The notes: generated by a model from the letters alone, not told the origin. DNA of 64,000 bases from Trichosphaerium sp. ATCC 40318 (GCA_038496445.1 JALMLS010000303.1:40722-104721); one strand, 5' to 3'. Shown: positions 1-15,201, counted from the stretch's first letter. Program-made: numbers and translations.

Positions 1-612
1 TGTGTTAGTTCGACTACTGTTATGAGAGCAGGGAATTATAGAATAGCTGAAGGGAGCAGTGTCTGCGCTTATGAACTTCGTTTGCCTGAAGCAAATACGA
101 TCAACTTTAGTTTCGAAGATGAGTCTGACCCAGAATTAATCATATATGCCTTGGATATCCTAGTAGAACCTTGGGGAATAGGCCAAACTATTATCAATAC
201 AGGTTGTGGTAATATAAGATTAGAACCAGCTACTATCGGACAATCAACATTGAGATACAATGCAGGAGAAGACTTTTTACAAAATGCTCTAGTGTGGCAT
301 ACAGAAAAGTACGTTTCAAAAAAAACCCACTGCTGAAGTGCTTGTAAACTTTCAAGGTTAAGGAACCTCCTTTGAAATACCTGTTTTTGTTTTTATCTTA
401 ATATCTTGTTAATTCTTCTTCGTAGTTTGGAGCTTAGCTCTGACCTTGTACTTGCTTTAATGGATACAAACAGAGATGGATGGTTCGTTGTACAAGGGAC
501 TTATACATATGGTAACAACACCATAACAGAAAACGGAGAAGGTGTGATAATAGGCGGAGAAGATGGAAGGCTGATAGTAGACAACAGCCAATTTACAGTC
601 AGGCATTGCTAA
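1..612 (+). CDS. 3' part of an uncharacterised gene (at least 2 exons; truncated by the window start)
   Basis: ORFs 22-336 and 406-612 are joined by a plausible GT..AG intron (gtacgt near 309); stop at 610-612, AATAAA near 645. No recognisable domain. Confidence 0.45.
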
Positions 613-1054
613 AGAAAAGTAAAAATGTCAATTTTTTGTGTAGTAATAAAGTACAGTTCGTCTTAGATTGTGACCTGATTATGTTTACAACTTTCTATGG
701 TCTAGTACCTGAACAAGCACTTGCAAAATTCTGAGAATATAAAAGCCAGTGATGGTATTTCAGAATTTGGCTTCATTGCCACCAAAACTGTTAACTGGAT
801 GCAGACATACTAAACCTCTTATGTCGAAGTTGCTATAATGAAGAGCTCCTTCAAGCAAGGATACACACAACATATCTTCCAGTCTTTACCTGGAAACTAC
901 TAGACTTTGACTCAGGCCAGCGAAGTTTAACATCACAATTATGTTGTTCTAACTGGCGGTCCTAAAATAGTCTACACCAACTGCTTGACTAATCAATAAA
1001 GGTTTTTATTTTAATGTTTGTTTTTGTCACGTGACAAACGATTGTTACAAAAAA

Positions 1055-3242
<2,188 letters not shown>

Positions 3243-3350
3243 GGTGTTATAAATGCAGATGGGGAAAGCTAATAGGAATTCACACCAGACTTAAACAACG
3301 CACAACTTAATTGGGCGCGCTTTACTTTCTTTCGCTTGTTTTTTGCTTAA

Positions 3351-5159
3351 ATGGCTAAAGGCGAACTTCTGTGGTTCGTATTGATTGTATTGGTAGTATC
3401 TGCGCTTACATCAGACACCTTCTGTCCAACCGCACCTGCTGTACCGGAGGACAGGCGTAGTGATGCAACGAAGCTTCGAGTGGTACATTTTTTGCACCTG
3501 GCATGCTAAATTGCTAATTTACATTTAAAACGAACGATAATAGATTAAACCGCTCGAACATAACGAACTAATGCGTACTAGGTGGAATTCAATGTTGAGT
3601 TTTTGTTTCTGAAAGAAACAGGCGTAGATGGTACGAAACCGCTTCATCCGCATCAAAACTTATGATAACGTCATATGGCGATGCGTTTAACATATAACAA
3701 TGCTAACGCCTAAACAGACTTTGACAGATGTCCAGCTGATCCTAAAGACTTGTGTCAGTGGCTTACTCCTGAAGATGCTCAAAATCACTTGGATACAGTA
3801 GCAGCTGTAATAAAAGATCTTGATGCAGATGTCATAGTTTTGGTACAACAGAAACCACTTTCTTGCTTTTTCCAGATTAATCATTATCTGAACGATATCT
3901 AACGTTGTGTGTATTAGGTAGAGCTAGAAGACTGTTATGTGCTACAACAACTCATTGATAAGATCGGAGATAGCACCTATAAGGGCTACGTTGTTAAAGT
4001 ACGGTAACCTTTTTGTTGAAGTTGATTTTTTTTGTTGGTATTTATCACTTTGTAAGGGTCGTGACTTTGTAACACGTCAAAATGTTGGGCTATTGACTAG
4101 AATCGATCCATCCATAGATATGCAACGCACTGAAGATAGAGCGGATTTTCCTGTTGCAAACTCAATGTGTGGGTACGCGAAACTCTTAAGCTCCTCCGTG
4201 TTGTTTTTTTTTGAATTGTTGCTTTGTTCCTACCTGACACGTGTTTTTTTTTTCAGATCTGATGATACAGGAACAAAGAGTGTTACGAAGCATTTCTATA
4301 CCCGATTATGCTTTTCTGATAGATGTGTCTTTCTAGTTGGGATACACTTCTTGGTACGTTTGAAGCAACTCTTAGTGAAACTGACTGGTCTCCAGGCATT
4401 TCCAACAAACAAAGATAGATGTGTGGAACGTGAAGCTCAAGCTACCGTTATTAAAAACCTTGTACAGAGTGCTAATAGTACAGATGAGGTTAGTGTTGTT
4501 TATTCTTAATGTAGCAACAACGTTTTCACACAAGAGCTAGGTTATCGTATTAGGAGATTTCAACGACTTTTCAGACTTAATAGAAGATACAGCATCAAGC
4601 ACACCAATATCTCAGGCAATAATCAACACCTTAAATCTATTGTTTTACCTGTTCACAGTATTTTTTTGAAAAGAGCAATAAGAGTTGATTGTTTACAACT
4701 AGGTGCTAAAGATAATACGGAGCTCAAGGTCCCCTGAATTATATAACGTACTAAGAGAGTTCCCTGGCCCAAAGGAAGATATCTTTTCTTCTGGGTACGT
4801 CATGCAATCATTCTTTTTGCATCTTCCCTTTTAATCACTTTTTATATAGGTTCAGTTACGGATCAGACTGTATTGCTAACAAGTACTCATTGATTGATCA
4901 TATGCTGGTTTCGGAAGGTCTTAAAAATTCTCTTGTTAGTGTTGACATTATAAATCAGGAGTATAACAGTACGTACTTGTTTCATGCTCAACTTCCCAAC
5001 ACAGTTTGACACTAACTTTTTTTGAATGTAGTCAGCAATTGTGGATTTTTTCCAGATCATGTCCCTATAATAGCTGATTTTGAATTTGAGTCAATAGCCT
5101 CAATTCACAATTTCTTATTCAGTGTATTATTTATTTTATGGATATTTTGTAACTTGTAA
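3351..5159 (+). CDS. Secreted endonuclease/exonuclease/phosphatase (EEP) family protein, possibly GPI-anchored
   Basis: Signal peptide MAKGELLWFVLIVLVVSA; motifs FNVEFLF, QNVGLLTR, VIVLGDFND, IDHMLVS, DHVPIIADF; hydrophobic C-terminus; GC-AG intron at 4616. Confidence 0.85.
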
Positions 5160-5926
5160 TCCGTAATAAACTATTTAAGCGAAAAAAAAGAAGAACTGAA
5201 CCATCATTAGCCATCAACAATGTGTACCTATCAAGCACACCATATGTAAAGAGCAAATAGGTAATTTAGATATCAACAAGAACAATACCCAAGCTAAACG
5301 CCCACACGGTGCCTATATTTTACCAGGTGTGCATGTAAAAACTACTAACAAAACATGTCAATGACCAAGTAGCGAACATAAAAGTACAATGGCAACAGAA
5401 ATAAAAACGTTTCGTAACATTTCTCCGACCACCAAGCAGTGTATGCTATGACTCACATTTTAGGGCTGGGGTTTGCACTACTATGCAGCGTTGAGAAAAC
5501 AAAATTAAACAATCAACCAAAGCTGTGTTGCAAGAAGTGTTGCCAGTAAAGACATCCTTTGAATGAACCAGGAATCGCTTGAACTTGCTCCATAGGAGAA
5601 ACAACCTTTCCAGTGCACCAATTCGCTGTGCTAAAACAGTACGTATCACTACAACACTAATAAATCGCTTCCTGTGGCTTAGGATCTCATACGTGCATGA
5701 AAAATAAGCAATAACATAAATAGTCAAAATACCTTGATGTTCCTGGAGTCTTTACAAGCACGTGATCATGATAAAAACGACTTTTCCTGTTTTAGATGTA
5801 ACACGCAATTTTGGTTAATACCTATAAGGTAATAAACAACAGCACACTGTGAAGAAATTTTATGTCATTTAACTCGATTATTTTATGGTATTAGAATTTG
5901 CTATCATTTATTGTTCTCAAGGTTGG

Positions 5927-7383
5927 TTAAAAAACGAATGGTATACATTCACCAATGCGGCGAGGACATGTTGATGATGATATAGGAGGACATGTTTCAT
6001 CTTCACAATTGATTACATCAAAAACAGAAGGGTTTGCACGAGAACAGCAACTAGAAAGAAGCAGAATCAGAAAGTAAACTCTAGCAATATCTGTTTGTAC
6101 CTGTCGTCATCCCCACCACCACTTATTCGTGCATTAGTTACAGGCAATAGGTGAGTGAGGCTTTCAACAAGAATTCTATCGGCTCCATCGCCGCCATTGA
6201 CAACATTCCGAATTACAGGGAATACTAGAGTGAGTGTAAATCTTGGAATAATCAACTTTTTTTTGCACCTATTGCCACTTCTGTCACAACCATTACATCA
6301 TCACCATCTCCTCCATCCATGTATGTCATTTGCGAACAACTGGCATATAAATGATCATTCCCATCGCCCCCTTAGCATGATAAGATGAAATGTAGGTTGA
6401 TAGCCCACTAACAAAAAAACAAAGCAAAAAAATACCCGAAATAGCGGCTACACGACTGGTTTGGACATCAATACAATCATCATCACCTCCTCCATTAACA
6501 TCACCTGTAAATGTTTGAACGCCTTCAAATGGAGTCAATCTAATACAATCATTCCCATCTCGTCCATTTATTAAAGTCCTAAAAAGAATGAACAAAAACA
6601 AATCAACTTTACTGTTTTTCTTACGGTGGTGTGAATCCTCGTTTACCACCAACAATTTCTTCAGTGCTCCCTTGAAGTATTACATCATCGTTTCCACTTC
6701 CTCCTTCAATTTCCATAGCATTCGCTGTAGTCACTCTTATACAATCATTAGCATCTCCTATGCAAGCCAATGTAAATAGTTTACATCACTAAGTTTTATT
6801 TACCTGCATCTATAATCCCAGCCATTGCTCCGTCTGTTATGAGAATACAGTCATCTCCATCTCCACCATTGATTTCTTCTACATTTGTATTTGAATCTCT
6901 TACAAGGATGCAATCATTGTTATCTGTTCCACGAATCTCTCCCGTTACATCTGATTCTACAATCACGCAATTGCTACCAATATCACCAAGGTCCACTAGC
7001 AAATTAGTAAGTGAACTCATAAATGAGCAGTGGTAAGTTGGAGATACACTTGCAGTATAAAGGACAATTTCAATATCACGTGACGGAAACGTAGTCACAA
7101 AAGAGAAAAAACATGATTTTCAGTAGATACAAGAAAAATTGGACAAAGAACATACCATCACCATTGCCATCTGCGGTTACAGTCACACAATTATCACTTT
7201 CAAAATCGCAAGCACCACAAGCATTACATTCGCAGTCGCATCCACGGACTTGAGGTAAAGGTGGTTGAGCGTGGTACATGCTTAGAACTAACAATTGAGT
7301 TAGGGTTATCATTATTTACTGTAAAATAATTGCTCAATACATATTGTAATCCATAGAATACAAATCACGTTTATTGTCTTCAT
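5927..7383 (-). CDS. Secreted Cys-rich protein with repeated GGxGxD (RTX/hemolysin-type Ca-binding-like) motifs
   Basis: Signal peptide MKTINVICILWITICI; exons with INGGDGDDCI, INGRDGNDCI, VNGGGDDDCI, VNGGDGADRI, ISGGGDDD; Cys-rich N- and C-termini. Confidence 0.7.
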
Positions 7384-7647
7384 CTTTGCTTCAGCTGTTG
7401 TAATGTTTGTCGTGCGATTTTATGATCTCTGAAATTTATTGATTGTGAATCCAAACCCGCGAGTTTTTTGTAGGCTTGTGTTCTAACCTTACATTTTTAC
7501 TGGAGGGAGCGTTTACTGTTGTTTTATTTACTACTGAAGATTTCATAGTTTATCCGCTAATAATTATTTCCCCGATAGATGAGTACGTTGATAACTTTAC
7601 TACGAGATGGGTTTTTTTACTGTTTCAAGCGCTCATGTGTTACAAAC

Positions 7648-8125
7648 TAAATCAAGCTTTAAAAAACACGGGCTTGCCTATCAAACGCGAACAGAGCTCT
7701 ATATTCGATTGCATTCGCTGCCGAACTTCTTTTTTGGTAACAAGAAGCTGGCAAAAGAAGCTACTGGTTGAATTGCAGTTGTAAACATGTTTTGGGAAAA
7801 AGTGTCGTTTGATGTTTGAGCCATGTGCCAGGGTACATAGTGCTGGTCACTACAATCTAGACGTACTAAAACAGCCTCTGTGACTATCTTCAGTGTTTAC
7901 CAGCATAGCTTTGTACTACATTAGGCGAAACGGCGCCTATTATATTTCCGTCGAAGAGATCCTATTGGGGTCCTTTTGTAGTGATGGCAAACAACCAACA
8001 GGAACAATTTTTTGTAATTGTAGTTCCTATCAGCGTTGTTGATAAATAGGGTTGAGATGGTACGTATGACATAGAAGAGTACTTGGTTATTCAACAAAGA
8101 TATAAAAAATTACAATAAAAACACA
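7648..8125. repeat. Inverted repeat IR1, left arm (~475 bp; partner 10158-10632)
   Basis: Reverse complement aligns end to end with 10158-10632, e.g. ccatgtgccagggtacatagtgc / gcactatgtaccctggcacatgg. Confidence 0.95.
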
Positions 8126-8502
8126 GTAAAAACCTGGCTACAAGTACCAAAGAGCCTCCATAGTGTACCCTAAGCAACACACTATAAGTGTTACAAAGCC
8201 CATGGAAATAACCTGTTTTGTTATGCAGATCCGCGAGTGTGAATATTGCTGTCTTCGTATGGAAGAACATTAAAAGAAAATATCACCTCATCTGTAAACA
8301 GCACCAATTCATAATCAAATTTTTTCTGGAATAGTAAGAATCACAGGCTGGTGGAACTTATGCTTAATACAATTTTGACAGTAACGCTCAGAGTATGTAG
8401 CGCTTAATACAATAGAGTAAGACTTGATACAGTTGCCTACACTGATAGAGTGCAATGAACTGTAGTGCTTTTTAAAAGGCCAACTTGAGGAAGTTTTATT
8501 AT

Positions 8503-9236
8503 TTACGAACAAAGAGTAAGTTGGTTGGTATCTTCTTCAACTTCAAAGCATTCGTTAATAGGCCAAACTTGTTGATAGGCTTTATCGTTACACGTGTAGG
8601 TTTCATCTGAAAACGTGACCATTATTGCCTGTTTTAAATATGAGGTTCATTAGCATGTATTATTATTCTGTATTACCTTATTTTGATCACATGCAAAGAT
8701 ATTACTCTGATCCCAATTCGTGCACTTGCCGGTTGGAAAAGATACTGTTTGTCTCTCTTTTGAGCATGTTGAATCGTCGTATAGCTGTAGCTTTACCTGT
8801 TTTCCACTAGCAGGGAGAGGTGTGTAGTCTTCAAAAAGTGTAAGCACCAAAAAAACGATCGCGGTTAACTATGCAAAGTCACGTGAGCTCTTACCTGGCG
8901 CTGTAGTATATTTGCTCCAAATGCCATCTGTAGGAACGCAAGTGTCTATAAATATTGTAGAGTTCATGTAGCTGGTTCTACAGTCACCACCACTAGGAGT
9001 ATACGATGTTTCAATAATTTTATCCTGATAATTATTAAAAATACTGTTTACATAAGTGTACCTACGTTATCAATTGAGTACATCACGCCAAATACACAAA
9101 TACCAGTTTTTATCTCTGTGTAGGAAGGATTTGGCACTGTACAAGCACTATCCTGGTAGTTTTGTTGTATTACAACAGTAGACAAAGAGGTGGCAAGGAA
9201 TACAAAGAGTATGGTCACAATAGGGAGAAGTGTCAT
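8503..9236 (-). CDS. Small secreted Cys-rich protein, family copy 1 (4 exons)
   Basis: Signal peptide MTLLPIVTILFVFLATS; YQDSACT..TGIC type repeats; paralog at 18161-18887. Confidence 0.8.
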
Positions 9237-9325
9237 TGTCCTCGTAGAAAGATTTTTGATGTTTAGTTTCTAAGCAACGTGGTTCTCTAAATTGTAAGAA
9301 AGAATATCCGAGGTTGATGGCTTAA

Positions 9326-9841
9326 GGGTGCGCTCTGAGCAAAAAAACAAAAAATTTAAATTTGATCGTTTGCACCTCAGAGTGCCGGAATAATTTTTCT
9401 TATATTTTTGAAGCATACACATTGCACTTATTGGTTTACTTGCGGATGGGTGTTAGTTCAAATCCGCATGTAAACCAGAAAAGTGTTGCTGAAATTTTAA
9501 CAATTTTACTACGGCATCCTACGGTGCCCATACTTTTGTCACATGGCCGCCACATTATATAAATGCGTCAGCAGCAGTGATAAGGTGGAGAAAGATGGAG
9601 ATTCTGAGAAATCACCAAAAAACTGCCTTTTTTGCCAATTTTTATCATAAAATCACTTTTGTTTTTGCAACTATACAAACTCTACACCACTTGAATGTGG
9701 AGAATATATATACAATAAAACGTTTTCACTTCCAAAATGTTTTTTGGCAGGCTTAGCTGGCCACTAGAGCTAAATTACAAAAAAAAACCCAAAATTGTGG
9801 CGAATTTTAGTGAATTTTCTGATCGAGCACAGAGCGCACCC
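9326..9841. mobile_element. Non-autonomous DNA transposon (MITE) with 15-bp TIRs and TTAA flanks; Kolobok-like termini
   Basis: TTAA|GGGTGCGCTCTGAGC ... GCACAGAGCGCACCC|TTAA (1 mismatch); non-coding interior; partial second copy at 36849-36971. Confidence 0.8.
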
Positions 9842-10157
9842 TTAACCTTTTGAAGATGTGGAACATTTCAAGCGTTTGGTTGGACTGAACAAGACTGTCA
9901 ATATAGAAGGATACAATAGGCAACAACAACAATGGCGAGTAGCAATCAAAACATCCCCTCACCCTCCCTAAAATCCTTGTTCTTTTTTGTGTAAAAAATT
10001 TTTTCTTTATTTTTTCCTTCAAACACATTTGCAATCTCACGAGTGTTCTTAAATGTAGAAAAAAATTCTCTCATGTGGCTACGCTAGAGCCGCCAAAGAC
10101 TGAGTGTCTTTCCTCCAAGCGCGTCTCCCTTATATTCACAATGTTGGCCAATCTAAA

Positions 10158-10632
10158 TGTGTTTTTGTTATAATTTTTTGTATCTTTTTTAATAACCAAG
10201 TACTCTTCTATGTCATACGTAGCATCTCAACCCTATTTATCAATAACGCTGACAGGAACTGCAATTACAAACATTGTCCCTGTTGGTTGTTTGCCATCAC
10301 TACAAAAGGCCGCCAACAGGATCTCTTCGACTGAAATATAATAGGCGTCGTTTCGCCTAATGTAGTACAAAGCTATGTTTGTAAACACTTGAAGATAGTC
10401 ACAGAGGCTGTTGAAGTACGTCTAGATTGTAGTGATCAAAGGCACTATGTACCCTGGCACATGGCTCAAACATCAAACGACACTTTTTCCCAAAACATGT
10501 TTACAAACCACTAGCTTTCTTTTATCAGCTTCTTGTTACCAAAAAAGAAGTTTGGCAGCGAATGCAATCGAATATAGAGCTCTGTTTGCGTTTGATCGGG
10601 CAAGCCGGCGTTTTTGTAAAGCTTGGATTTAA
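10158..10632. repeat. Inverted repeat IR1, right arm
   Basis: Reverse complement of 7648-8125. Confidence 0.95.
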
Positions 10633-11046
10633 CCTACAGAAAAACTTGCGAAGGTTGAAACGGTTGATATGTTCTCTCTATGAGCGTTCATTTTACAAAG
10701 GGTATGTTGTTGTGCAAGAGACATTGACAAGAATTATATGTACCTACTGTACTTGTATTAATTTTTGGTGTCTGTATTCAGCTTTAAACACAGTAAGGTA
10801 AAAGTGTTGTTAAAAAAAAGCTGTTTCAAATGTAGTAGTCATTGTACACTTTTGGATAGCTACATTGTACGTTATTGCGTTAATTGAGCTTTGATCATTT
10901 GTGACACTTTTATTTGATCATTTGTACTTTGGTATTTCATGAGGTTTTAATGAATCTTATAATGATTCTAAGGTTTTCTTACGACATATTTTTTACGAGC
11001 GTCAAGTGGCTTTTTTCAAAAATTACAACTTGCAGTACAAGAGGCA

Positions 11047-11505
11047 TACCACTGCTAATATAGCCAAAAGACTTTAGCCATCCACTATAAGTAGAAACAC
11101 CGTTTCGTATTAGCCTTTTAATACCCGAATGATTCGGGTACCCATTTTTGGTTTTTGGGATATTTTCCCAGGCTGATATTGAATCACATTGATAAAACCC
11201 TGGAATGTTAGGTTGGTATTCTGCCTTTTCCTAATCCTCTCTGTATGGAAAATTATATAAAATACTCATATATTTGTGGGTAATTAGGAATAATAAAGCA
11301 AAAACGTGTCACGGAAAGGTATTTCGCCGATGAGGAATCATTCGGGGTTTCGGGCAAATAACTTTTGGATAGGCGAGGTATTGTTAAAAAAAGGCTGAGT
11401 GTTATTGTACAGTTAACCAAGTCAATTACCAAACTCGGGTATTCTTGTCTTAAAAATTTAGAGAAATGTTCTTTGAACTAAACATCAAAACTACAAAGAA
11501 TGACT
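11047..11505. repeat. Inverted repeat IR2, left arm (partner ~18885-19295): upstream region of the secreted-protein family
   Basis: Reverse complement of 18885-19295 up to and including the start codon; a further short match links 10668-10705 with 19425-19464. Confidence 0.9.
11122..11348. mobile_element. Putative ~230-bp MITE with ACCCGAATGATTC terminal inverted repeats (other copies 19038-19231 and partial 22568-22658)
   Basis: Starts tacccgaatgattc and ends gaatcattcggggt; a third partial copy lies outside the IR2 duplication. Confidence 0.55.
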
Positions 11506-11689
11506 TCTCCATCTTAAGATGAACAGTGTTAAAGAGAGTATGTTATCAATTGAGTACATCCCACCGAAAACACAAATACCAGTTTCTACCTAGATGAAAG
11601 ATGGACCTTCGTGTAGGCACTTTGCAAGAACTTTCCTGTAGTTTTGTTGTATTGCAACAGTAGACAAAGAGGTGGCAAGGAATACAAAG
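11500..11689. pseudogene. Rearranged pseudogene of the small secreted Cys-rich family
   Basis: ATG ACT TCT CC on the + strand at 11500 follows the family promoter. 11542-11689 matches exon 1 of the 9236 gene on the - strand and is disrupted by indels. Confidence 0.75.
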
Positions 11690-11844
11690 TCAACACATAT
11701 AAACAGCATGCTGGCGTACAAATGTCTATCACAACCATGCAATAAACCGTTGGATTTCACTTTATGACATTGTACAGATTCTGATTGTACTATTTGCGTA
11801 TTGTGATGCTGTTATTCAAAATATTACATTTTATTAAGCACAAG

Positions 11845-12834
11845 TTACACCAGCCATGAAAGCTCTGGTACTGGATTTACAAATGGAAATAAAGAGGGTG
11901 GGTTTGCAGGCGAAAATTGTACAGAGCCTGGATCACAATTAGGTATTTGGCTGAACTGTAGATGATTTGTTGGAAGTGTGTACTGTTCTTGTGGTAATTC
12001 TGTTCTTATTTCTCGATAACCTACAGCATCGCATCGTTTTTGCTTAAGTCTTAACGACCTTCTGGATTTATTAAATCCATGAGCATTTGCCAAAGCCTAG
12101 AGGTATTCTTACAAACTGATCACGTGATTGTATATTTAGTTTCAGGTAGGAAAACGTACCTCCAATAAAGGCAACACTGCTCTTACATATTCTGTTCTTC
12201 TTGTACCAATACACCACGCTATTTTATCAGGTCTTAGTCCCCACTGAAACAAAGCTCTCAAGGCCAACCAAGTCTCTCTTGTAGAAAACGGACCATGACA
12301 TTTAGGCAAAGGAACTCCATTTAGGTCCAGAGACATCATTGCTTTGTCATGCTACATCGAAAAAGTTAATACGGTAGCTGTGAACATTGTATGTTACCTC
12401 ATCTACCACTTGAGGTTTAAATATTCCGACAGAAGCGAGTTTGAAGCAGTTTACCTTTCCTAGAGACCCAATCCATTACACAAAGGAGTTGGAGGCTAAA
12501 TAAGCTTGTTTGTACCTTTGTATTTTACTTTTTGGTAATGAGTTCTGACTTGTGACGGGCTTCGTGTACGCATCATTTCAGCAACCTCACATCGCTTAGC
12601 AGCGTATTGTAGACCATCAAAACCGATTCTCCATTCACGTGGCCTCCATTGCCCTTTTAAATACTTGTATGATGACGTTGGTTCATTGTACATTACTGGC
12701 GCAGATACAGCCATACGTACAGGGAACGTGGGGTTCTTTAATAGCTGTCAACTGATTTACAAGTGATCAGTTAAAATACGTACAGGTTGGGCGCTTGTAA
12801 GAGCTGTTGTAACATCATGCCAAGTGGTCATCAT
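11845..12834 (-). CDS. Myb/SANT-domain protein with two Myb-like repeats (first SHAQKY-like), copy 1
   Basis: KGQWRPRE..VAEMMRTRSPSQVRTHYQK and HGPFSTRE..FQWG..KIAWCIGTR; exon structure shared with 21230-22216. Confidence 0.8.
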
Positions 12835-13858
12835 TGTGTTGTTCTAAGATTTAAAAAAACGCGCTTTATTTACGCTTTGGGATACTTTTGGAGAATAGGT
12901 TACAATGTGATTCGACCCTAACTATTTCCGCGGAAATAAACACCTTCAAAAGACGTTGTATTGCTGTTACAAGATGTAAAACGTGTATACCTAAGCGACA
13001 AGTTCAATGACGGGAAACAAGGGAGTTTGACAAGCACGTGTGAACACTGTGATTGGAAAAGCATTTTGCACCAAGTGCTTGTTTAGAAATATATTCTCAT
13101 AGCTATACCACGTGTCGTTAAATCACGTGGTATTTTTGTTATTAAATAGACAAAATTGATTTCCATGATGTCATTACAAATAAAATACGACAACTTGCAG
13201 TACGTTTCGTTTTACCAGTGCCAAAAGATTGTCATTACACTCATTTGTTTATGTACCATAGGTGGAGATATTAACGCCTGTTCGGATTAAAGCGGGGTAT
13301 TGGGATTTTGGCAAAACCCGAGAGACACTTTGGGTGACACTCGGGGTTTTTGGGCTTTGGGAGAAAGTTGTGGACACTTTTTGGACAGTTGGGTTTTTTG
13401 CTGGGCGTTCCCTTTCTTCTTCTTAGTCTTCTGTGATTACACCCGAAGTATAATGGGCGCTTTAAAAGGCTATTTAATCATTTATAAACGTATCTTAATT
13501 AGACCTAAGACAAACGTGACCAAGCTCTCTCGAAAAATCTCGCGAGTTTTTTTTTGTTCAAACAGTATGGTAGCGTTTTCCTGGTCTGGATAGATTTGCA
13601 GTAGTCGTGACACAAATTGTATAATGAAGTCATTACCAAAAAAAACCCTTCAAACAATCAAACAGGCTGCCAGTGCCATGGGAATGTTGGCTCCAGCGTG
13701 TTTACACCTATTTGATCTTTTTTTTTTTGGACATAGCTTACACGTGACCAGTTGGGATTTGCACAAACTTTTCGTCTTCCATTTTTTCAAGTCGGAAAAG
13801 TCGAATGACTTTAGTTAGCTTTTTCGGGTTGAGATGTTGTTCAACAACTTGCTATAAT
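11845..13858. repeat. Inverted repeat IR3, left arm (~2 kb; partner 20122-22216)
   Basis: The Myb gene and the 13270-13858 block match 21215-22216 and 20122-20725 in reverse complement; the intervening part is only weakly similar. Confidence 0.9.
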
Positions 13859-14215
13859 CTGCTGCTGTTAAAGTGTTTATTGCATTTTGTTCATTGCGTG
13901 GAGCGATGAGTTTCGGTGGTGTTATTAACATGTTTTGTACTGATATTTTATCCATGCACTTAATTTAGTATTATCTAGCTGGTTTTTTATAAAAGCAAAA
14001 AAAACATGTAATGAGGTTGTATTCATTTTATTGAACACAATAAACAGCTTCAAGTCACATAAATATATCTGGTGTACCGGAAACTGCGGACTGTGAACAC
14101 CTGAGATAGTCTTGTCTGATAATAGATATTAGAAACGTCTAGGTAACACTCAATAATCACTTCCTGGCAAGTACAACATAAAACTAAATATATTTTCTTA
14201 TCACTAGAGATCCTA

Positions 14216-14983
14216 TCAAGAAATAGTGCACCCTTGTTTTTCTTGTTCTATCCCTTTGATATAAGTGCTAAATTTAAGCAATTGACCTCGTGAATTCCAC
14301 TTCTTGTACTCTCCATCAATTATACCATTCACTACATTAAACTGTTGATTTAATTGGCCGTTTTCAAACCAGTGGTTGATCTGACCTTCTCCTTTACCCT
14401 TAATATATCTGCCTGCCTGAAATAGCTGACCATGTACATACCAAATCTTGTACTCTCCATCTCGTAAACCATTTACATAGTGATATTGCCTCCGCAATTG
14501 CCCATTTTCATACCAATGCATTTCCTCTTTGTCTAGCTTACCACGTGTATAATAACCTTTCTTACATAATTGTCCAGAGTAATACCAAACCTTAAACTCT
14601 CCCTCTCTTCTCCCGTTGATGTAATGCAACTGCTTGTTTAATTGAGCGTTGCTATACCAGTACTCACACTCACCTTCTCGTTCTCCATTTAGACAGCTAT
14701 ACTTTTCGCACATCTGTCCATTGTCATACCAACCCACGTGCTCGGATAGATAACCATTTTTCCAGTAATCTTGCACTGTAATTGCTGGTTTTGAGCGATT
14801 ACATTCTTGTTTAATCCATTTGCCATGTTTCCGTAACTTAGAGTCAAACCTCGTAGTTGTTGCCGCTTGTAGAGATAAAAGAGGGTATTTTAAGTAAACT
14901 TCAAAGTCCAGCTCTATCATAATATACTGCAGCTCTAATGGGAGCTGTAATATAAGACAACTACCAAATTTTGAAGTATTCAT
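14216..14983 (-). CDS. Intronless F-box-like + MORN-variant (MORN_2/YwqK-like) repeat protein with C-terminal CaaX (CTIS)
   Basis: LILQLPLELQYIMI N-terminus; about 7 repeats of GExxxWYxNGQLxxxxxYxNG; ends GCTIS*. First ATG at 14983. Confidence 0.85.
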   Translation of the reverse strand: MNTSKFGSCLILQLPLELQYIMIELDFEVYLKYPLLSLQAATTTRFDSKLRKHGKWIKQECNRSKPAITVQDYWKNGYLSEHVGWYDNGQMCEKYSCLNGEREGECEYWYSNAQLNKQLHYINGRREGEFKVWYYSGQLCKKGYYTRGKLDKEEMHWYENGQLRRQYHYVNGLRDGEYKIWYVHGQLFQAGRYIKGKGEGQINHWFENGQLNQQFNVVNGIIDGEYKKWNSRGQLLKFSTYIKGIEQEKQGCTIS

Positions 14984-15201
14984 CTTGTCTTGTGTAGTGA
15001 ACTGAACAGACGTTAAGGTTGTTAAGACAATGTCGCTGTAGAGGTTCGTTGGTTGTTGATATTTAGGTTTTACGGTGATCACGTGTTTCTCTAAAGTTTT
15101 AGAAAGAAAAAACCGAGTTTGACTCTTAGATTAAGTTGTAGCTATTTATTCTTCTCAAAGGTTACGCTTGAAAGAACACGCTGCGGCAACATCAGCAAAG
15201 C

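Noticed and set aside
5446-5727. ORF 5446-5727 and similar isolated short ORFs (34951-35229, 7476-7784, 48510-48962)
   Set aside because: No recognisable motif or consistent exon chain; some lie antisense to real genes.
11325-11362. Hammerhead-ribozyme-like CCGATGAG..stem
   Set aside because: The core is CCGA rather than CTGA and there is no GAAA after stem II.
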